From an uncultured Thermoplasmata archaeon (GTDB lineage Archaea; Thermoplasmatota; Thermoplasmata; Lutacidiplasmatales; UBA184): a stretch of 64,000 bases of DNA. The stretch is from assembly GCA_963773945.1 (NCBI GenBank), contig CAVZDD010000003.1, forward strand, positions 209,816 to 273,815, given 5' to 3'. This document shows, one piece after another, positions 57,424 through 64,000 of this stretch. The notes beneath the pieces were generated by a model. The model was not told the origin of the DNA and did no database searches. It saw only the letters and a program-made list of their open reading frames with translations. Position 1 is the first letter of the stretch, and every line of letters starts with the position of its first letter. Both the position numbers and the translations under genes were made by a program.

Positions 57424-58332
57424 ATGGCAACCACGAGTTCGACGGCGACGTCCTCCCGGGGCCTCCCCGAGTGGATTCGTATTCGACCGCCCACGGGGTC
57501 GGTCTACCCCGAGGTCCGGACGCTGCTGGCCACGCACCGGCTCGGAACGGTCTGCCAGGAAGCCCGGTGCCCGAACCTCCCGGAGTGTTGGTCGGCCGGC
57601 ACGGCGACCCTCATGTTGCTGGGAACGGACTGCACTCGGCGCTGCGCCTTCTGCGCCGTCAACACCCATTGGCCTCGTGGGGTGGTGGACTCGACCGAGC
57701 CCGAACGGGTCGCCGAGGCGGTCCGCGACTGGGGTCTGCGATACGTCGTTTTGACCCAGGTTTGCCGGGATGACCTCGAGGACGGTGGAGCCTTCCTGAT
57801 GGCCGAAACCGTCCGCTCCATCCGGGCGCGGTGTCCGGAAACCCTCATCGAACTTCTGATCGGCGACCTCGGGGGTCGGGAGTCATCACTCCGGACGGTC
57901 GTGGACGCCCGCCCGGACGTGTTGGCCCACAATCTCGAAACGGTACGGCGCCTGTCCGTCATCGCCCGAGACCATCGCGCGGGGTACGACCGATCGTTGG
58001 GGGTCCTTCGGCACGCCAAGGAGCTGGCTCCGACTCCGTTGGTCACGAAGAGCTCGGTGATGCTGGGTTTGGGCGAAACCGACAGGGAGCTGGCCGGTGC
58101 GTTCGACGACCTCCGAGACGCGGGGGTCGACCTGCTGACGCTGGGACAGTACCTTCGTCCCTCCGCGGACCACGTTCCAGTCCTCCGCTATCCCACTCCC
58201 GAAGAATTCGTCGCGCTGAGAGGAGTGGCGCTCGCGAAGGGGTTCGCCGGCGTCGAAGCCGGCCCGCTCGTCCGGAGCTCCTATCGGGCCGAGGAGCTTT
58301 ATCGCAGCGCCGTTGGAGCGCGGGGAGCGTAA
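57424..58332 (+). CDS. lipA: Lipoyl synthase
   Basis: CQEARCPNLPEC, CTRRCAFC, HNLETV, GQYLRP, RSSY. Confidence 0.96.
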   Translation: MATTSSTATSSRGLPEWIRIRPPTGSVYPEVRTLLATHRLGTVCQEARCPNLPECWSAGTATLMLLGTDCTRRCAFCAVNTHWPRGVVDSTEPERVAEAVRDWGLRYVVLTQVCRDDLEDGGAFLMAETVRSIRARCPETLIELLIGDLGGRESSLRTVVDARPDVLAHNLETVRRLSVIARDHRAGYDRSLGVLRHAKELAPTPLVTKSSVMLGLGETDRELAGAFDDLRDAGVDLLTLGQYLRPSADHVPVLRYPTPEEFVALRGVALAKGFAGVEAGPLVRSSYRAEELYRSAVGARGA

Positions 58333-58335
58333 CCG

Positions 58336-58689
58336 ATGGCGAAGAAGGCCCGGCGCAAGGTGGAGGAGGCGGCCGAGCCCCCCTTCGAGTTCCCCACGTT
58401 CGACCTGCCGACGTTCCTCACGCACGAATTCGAGATGACCACGGCGACCACGATCGCCCTGATCGTCGCCATTCTGCTCGGACTCATGTCCTGGGCGCTG
58501 TTGGCGGTCGGGCTGCCCTGGTTCGCTCCGGTCGTCGTCTCCCTCGTCATCATCGCCGTGGTGCCGGTCCTGCTGACGCGACTGCGGGAAGAGACCAAGA
58601 TCTACACCAAAGGGGATTGGGCCGGGCTCTTCCTGATGGAGATCTTCGGCTGGCTCGGCTTCTGGTTCCTGTTCGCCAACGTGCACTAG
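58336..58689 (+). CDS. Hypothetical 3-TM membrane protein
   Basis: FEFPTFD...F..HE followed by three hydrophobic helices. Confidence 0.7.
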   Translation: MAKKARRKVEEAAEPPFEFPTFDLPTFLTHEFEMTTATTIALIVAILLGLMSWALLAVGLPWFAPVVVSLVIIAVVPVLLTRLREETKIYTKGDWAGLFLMEIFGWLGFWFLFANVH

Positions 58690-60119
58690 CGGCGCATTCC
58701 GCGAGGGCGCGACGGCGCCCACGGGAGCCGCTTGTTCAGCAGCCGGTCGAGAAGCTCCGAAAGCTCGGTGGAGGAATCCAGTGCTTCCAGAGGCTTGGCC
58801 CAGACTCCGGACTTCGAAGTCTCCCGAAGGTCCCGGCCAATGGCGAGACCCGGCACGACCGCGGCGAGGAGCGGTTCGAGCCGGGTCTCCTCTCGGGTCA
58901 CGTCCACCGCCAGCTTTCCGTCGGCTCGAAGGTAGGGGCCCTGCAGCACACCGGTGTCGGGCGTGTTCCACTTCGCGAGAAACGCATCGGCGTGGGCCAA
59001 TCCCGGCGGGGGGCCATCTTGAACCCGAACCTTCGGGAGTATCGGAGAACTAGTCTCGAGCCCAATCCACAGGTCCGAGACGCCCGCGGTGCTGGAGGTG
59101 CCCAAGACCTCGAATCCCATCCGAGAGGCTTCGGCTCCGACACTCCGTTCGGCCTTCCGGAGTTGCGGGTAGAGAATGTCGTCGACCAAGGCCGGGCGGG
59201 GAAGGCGGACCACAGCCACATGGGTGCCGCGCGCGGCCACCTGCGCCTTCGCCTCGTCAAGGGAGAGCGGGGCGCCCGGGGTCGGGAAGAAGGCGGAGAC
59301 CGACGGCGTCCGCAGGAATTCACGTGCCGCGACGATAAATCGGGCCAGACTCTCGGCGGAGAGCGCTGTAGCCACGTTTCGGTGGGGGTCGACCGGGTCG
59401 TCCAGAATCATGGCCACGTCATCGGGAACGGCGGGACGGCTCCCGGGCGTCGCCAGGTGCACGGGGAAACGCCAGGACTGGGCGGCCGCCAGTAACGAAC
59501 CCAATGAGCCAAAACGTACGATCAGGAGCTCGACCAAATACCCCGAAAAGCCCGCCGTCTTCGCCTCGGAGCCGTAGACGCCCAGACTCCGAAGGAATTG
59601 TTTCGTGAGCCGAACCTGGTCGATCTGCTCCGGCGCCAGATGCGCCGCCAAATACTCCTGGTGGAACGGCGTGCGGTCCACCGCGGTCAGGGGATGGGAC
59701 GGGTCCTCAATCGCGTACCCGGGGACGGCCTCGACGGCGAACCCTTCGAAGCGACCGCGAAGATAGGGGTGCTCGGCGTAGTGCTTCTCCGGAGCCTCCA
59801 GGATCGCCTCCGCAAGTCGCAACCCTTCCGATTCGAGGCGTTCCCGGGGCAGGTCCGGCGGGAAGAGGAGAAACAGGTCGATGTCGAACCGCTCGTGCAG
59901 GAACGTTCCACGCGCGGCGCTGCCGGCGACCAGGGCCCGCTTGAGGGGGATACCGCGGTGGTTCGACTCGGTATGAGCCCTGCGAACCAGGTGCTCGCGC
60001 ACCTCGGCAAGTCGGACCAGGAGCGTCGGGTCGGGCGCGATCCGCTGGAGCACCTCTCGCTCAACCGCGGCGAGGCCCGGCGCGTCCAGGCTCCCGGAGG
60101 CTCCAGAGGAGGGGGGCAC
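58686..60119 (-). CDS. cca: Archaeal (class I) CCA-adding enzyme
   Basis: GSAARGT...DIDLF, YAEHPY, AVDRTPFH, GFSGYLVELL, DPVDP.RNVA. Confidence 0.95.
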   Translation of the reverse strand: MPPSSGASGSLDAPGLAAVEREVLQRIAPDPTLLVRLAEVREHLVRRAHTESNHRGIPLKRALVAGSAARGTFLHERFDIDLFLLFPPDLPRERLESEGLRLAEAILEAPEKHYAEHPYLRGRFEGFAVEAVPGYAIEDPSHPLTAVDRTPFHQEYLAAHLAPEQIDQVRLTKQFLRSLGVYGSEAKTAGFSGYLVELLIVRFGSLGSLLAAAQSWRFPVHLATPGSRPAVPDDVAMILDDPVDPHRNVATALSAESLARFIVAAREFLRTPSVSAFFPTPGAPLSLDEAKAQVAARGTHVAVVRLPRPALVDDILYPQLRKAERSVGAEASRMGFEVLGTSSTAGVSDLWIGLETSSPILPKVRVQDGPPPGLAHADAFLAKWNTPDTGVLQGPYLRADGKLAVDVTREETRLEPLLAAVVPGLAIGRDLRETSKSGVWAKPLEALDSSTELSELLDRLLNKRLPWAPSRPRGMRR

Positions 60120-60238
60120 GGGCGCCTCACCGTTCCCGAGGCTTCAAAGGTTGCGTTCCGTTGGGCTCGTCAAGCGCCGGGCAAGGAACGGTTATTCCTT
60201 CGCGCGGCGTTCCGGGATACAGGGCCGAGCGAGGGAAG

Positions 60239-61294
60239 ATGGCGCATGAGTGCACGCTGTACGAACCGCTTCCGGATCAGAAGGTCCGGTGTACCGCTTG
60301 TGCCCGCTACTGTACGATTTCGGAGGGCTCCCACGGGTTCTGTTTCGTGCGGAAGAACGTGGGAGGACGTCTCGAGCTGCTCAGCTATGGCCGGGCCGCC
60401 GCCGTCCAGGTCGATCCCATTGAGAAGAAGCCCCTTTCGCACTTCCACCCCGGGAGCCGGGTACTCTCCATCGGCACGGTTGGGTGCAACTGGCGCTGCC
60501 TCTATTGCCAGAACGCGGAGATCTCGCAGGAGCACGAGGTCCAGGGACGGCCCCTCTCCCCGACTCAGGCTGCCGACTGGGCGGAGAAGTTGGATTGTCA
60601 AGGGATCACATTCACCTACAACGAACCGACGATCTTCATCGAGTATGCCCTCGACGTGATGGCTCTCGCCAAGGAACGTGGCCTCTTCGCGAACTTCGTC
60701 ACCAACGGCTACATGACCCACGAGGCCGTCGACGCCCTCGTCGGGCATCTCGATGCCATTAGCGTCGACTTCAAGGGCAGCGGCGAGGAAGGGTTCCTCC
60801 GCAAGTACATCACGGCCAAGGGCCCCGCACCGATCCTGGATACGCTCGTCCGGCTGAAACGCGGGGGTGTCCACATCGAGGTCACGAACCTGATCGTCCC
60901 CCAGGTCGGCGACGATCCGGAAGCCTGCCGCCGTCTGGCCCGGTTTGTGTGTGACGAGTTGGGTCCGGAGACTCCCTTCCACCTGCTGCGATTCCATCCC
61001 GACTACAAGATGATGGAATTCCCCCCGACACCGATCCGCACGTTGGAGCGACTCCACGGAATCGCCGTAGACGAGGGGCTACAGTATGCTTACCTCGGAA
61101 ATGTCTGGGGTCACCCCCTGGAGCACACCTACTGCCCGGGATGCGGGGCCGTCGCGGTCGAACGGTTCGGGTTCACGATCCGCCGGTGGGGTCTGGACGA
61201 CCAGCACCGCTGCCTGGTCTGCCATCACTCGATCCCGATGGTCGGGACGTTACCGAAGGACTACGAACCCACGTTCGTGACGCCGATCGCGTAG
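60239..61294 (+). CDS. amrS: AmmeMemoRadiSam system radical SAM enzyme
   Basis: C..C...C...G.C.VR, DPIEKKPL.HF.PG, CNWRCLYCQN, TYNEP, RFHPDY. Confidence 0.9.
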   Translation: MAHECTLYEPLPDQKVRCTACARYCTISEGSHGFCFVRKNVGGRLELLSYGRAAAVQVDPIEKKPLSHFHPGSRVLSIGTVGCNWRCLYCQNAEISQEHEVQGRPLSPTQAADWAEKLDCQGITFTYNEPTIFIEYALDVMALAKERGLFANFVTNGYMTHEAVDALVGHLDAISVDFKGSGEEGFLRKYITAKGPAPILDTLVRLKRGGVHIEVTNLIVPQVGDDPEACRRLARFVCDELGPETPFHLLRFHPDYKMMEFPPTPIRTLERLHGIAVDEGLQYAYLGNVWGHPLEHTYCPGCGAVAVERFGFTIRRWGLDDQHRCLVCHHSIPMVGTLPKDYEPTFVTPIA

Positions 61295-61825
61295 TCACTG
61301 TTTGGAAGGGCCGGCCGGCAGGTCCGCAACGCTCGCCGGTGCCGGCAAAGCCGGCTTCCGGCGGGGGAGCAAACCGACCAGCGCCACGCCGGCACCGCCG
61401 AGGACGAAGATCGTCCCGATCACGGTGAGTGTCGGTTTCAGCTGAACGTCAACCCGGAGCCCGGGCGTCGCATTCGACACAATACCGATGAGAAGCACGC
61501 CGCTGAGCGGCACCCAGAAGCTCGATGAGCCCGAGGTGCCGTTCAGTACGCTCAACGCGGCCCCGGGGCATACTTTCTGCAGGGACGGGGCCGAAGTGTT
61601 GATCGAGCGGCACACGACCACAAGGAGAGAGACCGCATGATTCGAAGTCCAGCTGACCTCGATCGTCCAACCGCCTGTGAGGGAGAACGGCGTGGTGGCG
61701 TTGAAGGCGGCGTCCGGTTTGGATGGCGTCAGGACGCCGGATGGCCCGTTGAAGAGGGGAACGAACGAAAAGACCAGTCCGATGATTGCTAGGGCCACGC
61801 CGATGAGAAAGAGGAGCCGGTTCAC
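61295..61825 (-). CDS. Hypothetical membrane protein (N- and C-terminal TM flanking a beta domain)
   Basis: GTG at 61825 (NRLLFLIGVALAIIG); two TMs. Confidence 0.65.
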   Translation of the reverse strand: MNRLLFLIGVALAIIGLVFSFVPLFNGPSGVLTPSKPDAAFNATTPFSLTGGWTIEVSWTSNHAVSLLVVVCRSINTSAPSLQKVCPGAALSVLNGTSGSSSFWVPLSGVLLIGIVSNATPGLRVDVQLKPTLTVIGTIFVLGGAGVALVGLLPRRKPALPAPASVADLPAGPSKQ

Positions 61826-61956
61826 ACGCCGCTCCGAACCTATTCTGGGGCTTATGGGTATGGGGGTCGGACCGGATGAACCCCTTGCGAGAGCGGGTGG
61901 TCTACCCATCCGGCCGGACTAGGGTTTCTTGTGCCAGATTTCTGTAGGACCGGCTC

Positions 61957-62838
61957 GTGAAGCTCCTCGACACCTTTCCGGCATTCGAGGCGTACTGGGC
62001 GAGCGTCCGGACTCTGCCGATAGCGGTCCAGATCGCCCGGTGGGAGTCTGACTACATGGCCCCGTGGCCGGAATTGCTTCAGAAGCAGAAGGACGACTAT
62101 CGTCAAGCCGGCCAGAGTTGGCAACGGATTGCCCGGGCCCGCATCTTCCCCCGGATTCCGGCGCGCCTGGGCCGGCTCCGGCGATTGCATGACAATCTAG
62201 TGCGCGAGCTCCCGGGGGCTTGGAAGAGGACTCGGGAGGTGCTCGAAGTGGACTTTGATGTACAATTCGTGATCTACATCGGGCTGGGATGTGGGGCCGG
62301 TTGGGCCACTCAGCTCGGCGGGGTCCCCGCGGTCCTCTTCGGGCTGGAGAATGCCGCGGAGGCGACCGCCGGTGAACGTGGCGGCGGGCCCGGGGCGGTT
62401 TCCCACGAAGTGGCCCACCTAGTCCACGATGAATGGAGACGTCGTGCACGACTGCCAGGAATCGAGGACGCCCGCGGACCGTATTGGCAGCTCTACGAAG
62501 AGGGATTCGCGACCGAGTGCGAGCGCGTGATCGACGGGCCCTCGCGCTTCCGACTTCGGACTGGACGGCCCGATTGGCTCGGATGGTGCACCCAACACCG
62601 CGCCGCGCTCGCCCGCAGGTTTCTCAAAGACGTGCGGGCGCGTCGATCGGTCCGACCGTTCTTCGGATCCTGGTTCAGCATTGGAGGGCACACCGAGTGT
62701 GGCTACTATCTCGGGGCCGAGTTGATCCGACACCTCAAGGAGACTCTTTCGCTCCGCGAAATTGCCCGCCTATCGAGCCCCGAGGTCCGGGAAAGCGCGA
62801 GGCGAGCCCTCACCTCCTTCGCGAAGACCTCGGGTTGA
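61957..62838 (+). CDS. DUF2268-like putative Zn-dependent protease
   Basis: SHEVAHLVH...LYEEGFA gluzincin-type motifs; GYYLG. Confidence 0.7.
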   Translation: MKLLDTFPAFEAYWASVRTLPIAVQIARWESDYMAPWPELLQKQKDDYRQAGQSWQRIARARIFPRIPARLGRLRRLHDNLVRELPGAWKRTREVLEVDFDVQFVIYIGLGCGAGWATQLGGVPAVLFGLENAAEATAGERGGGPGAVSHEVAHLVHDEWRRRARLPGIEDARGPYWQLYEEGFATECERVIDGPSRFRLRTGRPDWLGWCTQHRAALARRFLKDVRARRSVRPFFGSWFSIGGHTECGYYLGAELIRHLKETLSLREIARLSSPEVRESARRALTSFAKTSG

Positions 62839-62867
62839 ACAAAACGGACTCGCGCTGGGCACGCGCC

Positions 62868-63083
62868 CTACGCCGAGGGGGGCTTAGGGCGGACTCCGTC
62901 CGGGCTCTCGGAGGTCAACTGGCTCCGGGCGCAGTGCTCCAGAATCCGGTTGAGACCCGCCAAAGAAATCCGATGGCCACGGGCCTCTAGCTCGGCCAGG
63001 ATCTTGCGACGCCGAAGCGGAACGGGGCTGGAACGCAGGACCGAGAGGACCGCTTCGACAGACCCCGGGGGGATGCCCGCCAT
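62868..63083 (-). CDS. Small winged-helix protein
   Basis: VLSVLRSS..PL....I..EL...G..IS...L.RIL pattern. Confidence 0.6.
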   Translation of the reverse strand: MAGIPPGSVEAVLSVLRSSPVPLRRRKILAELEARGHRISLAGLNRILEHCARSQLTSESPDGVRPKPPSA

Positions 63084-63113
63084 GACTGCTTTCGAAGCGG
63101 ATAGGCCGCTCGA

Positions 63114-63911
63114 TCAGGCTCCCTTATCGTTCCATCGAGGTGGTCGCTTCTCTCGGAACGCGGTTCGGGCTTCGCGATTGTCAGGACTGTCTCGAAGGGG
63201 ATCGGCCAGCTCCTGTTCGACCCGAAGGCCCTCAGCCAGTGGCAGCCCGAGACCCCTGCGAACTGCAGCCAACGCGGCCTGAACCGCGCGCGGAGGCTGC
63301 GCACCGATTGTCTCCGCCATCGTCTGGGCTGCGGTGCGCAGGCGGGAGAGAGGGTGCAGCCGATTAACCAGCCCGATCGCTAGCGCTCGCTTGGCATCAA
63401 TCGGTCGGCCGGAGAGGATCATTTCGAGCGCGACCGCGGGTGGCACGGCCCGCGGAAGTCGCTGGGTCCCGCCTTGACCCGGGATGATCGCCCATCGGAC
63501 TTCCGGCAGGCCGAACGTGGCGTTCGTGCTCGCCAGACGGATGTCGCACGCGAGAGCCAGTTCGAGCCCACCCCCGAGGCAGATCCCGTTGACCGCCGCG
63601 ATGACCGGCTTCCCGACCTCGAGATTCCGGGTCAGGCCCCCGATTCCCGGCTCGCGATTCCAGACCTCGACCCGCTGCGGGGCCGATACGCTCTGATAGA
63701 ATTCTCCCATGCGCTTGAGGTCGACCCCCGCGCAGAAGGCTTTCGTTCCCGCCCCAGTGAGCACCGCCACTCGGAGGCCGTCCTCGTCTCGAACTCGCTT
63801 CCACGCCGCCACGAGCTCGGCGTGCGACTCGGGATCGATGGCGTTCAGCGCCTCCGGACGGTCCAGCGTGACCCAGGCGACGTGCCCATCGACCTCGAAT
63901 CGGACAGGCAT
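63114..63911 (-). CDS. Enoyl-CoA hydratase/isomerase
   Basis: DRPEALNA, FCAGVD, GGGLELALACD, PEV, GGTQRLPR. Confidence 0.93.
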   Translation of the reverse strand: MPVRFEVDGHVAWVTLDRPEALNAIDPESHAELVAAWKRVRDEDGLRVAVLTGAGTKAFCAGVDLKRMGEFYQSVSAPQRVEVWNREPGIGGLTRNLEVGKPVIAAVNGICLGGGLELALACDIRLASTNATFGLPEVRWAIIPGQGGTQRLPRAVPPAVALEMILSGRPIDAKRALAIGLVNRLHPLSRLRTAAQTMAETIGAQPPRAVQAALAAVRRGLGLPLAEGLRVEQELADPLRDSPDNREARTAFREKRPPRWNDKGA

Positions 63912-64000
63912 CGGTTTGCCACGTCGCACGGCTTCTTGGGCTTAGCGGCGGCGACGTTCTGGACGGGGGACCCCTAACCGGTACGGGATAACTCGCATCA

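Noticed and set aside
1-64000. CRISPR array, cas, defence or viral genes
   Set aside because: No regularly spaced direct repeats or recognisable cas, restriction, capsid or transposase motifs seen by eye

Overview
GC-rich, gene-dense archaeal chromosomal segment. Markers include egsA, gatD/gatE, Hel308, two Cdc6/Orc1 homologues, RPA, TBP, Spt5, aIF-1A, Bud32 and a class I CCA enzyme. A high-GC Thermoplasmata lineage is my inference from gene content and is not verified. Most of the window is housekeeping: ftsZ-secE-spt5-rpl11, fatty-acid beta-oxidation/ETF, cofactor genes and a NiCoT-NikR-YHS operon. I saw no CRISPR array, integrase or transposase. Main surprises: (1) a ~213-217 aa orphan ORF (23957-24610, minus) that follows the GFP-family beta-barrel pattern along its length, with Gly67 and Arg96 equivalents kept, a Leu-Thr-Gly chromophore position and a strongly basic surface, set head-to-head with a class III adenylate cyclase-TPR gene; (2) tRNA-Pro(TGG) and tRNA-Arg(GCG), each with an intron at the same non-canonical D-loop site; (3) an unannotated C/D-box guide sRNA; (4) Spt5 with a ~180 aa N-terminal Ig-like extension; (5) a Cdc6 paralogue with degenerate Walker motifs; (6) a THUMP-less ThiI next to a MoeB-C-terminal-like protein; (7) an apparent CTG start codon. 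Five genes are broken by single-base indels, probably assembly errors. All family assignments come from motif recognition by eye; no searches were run.
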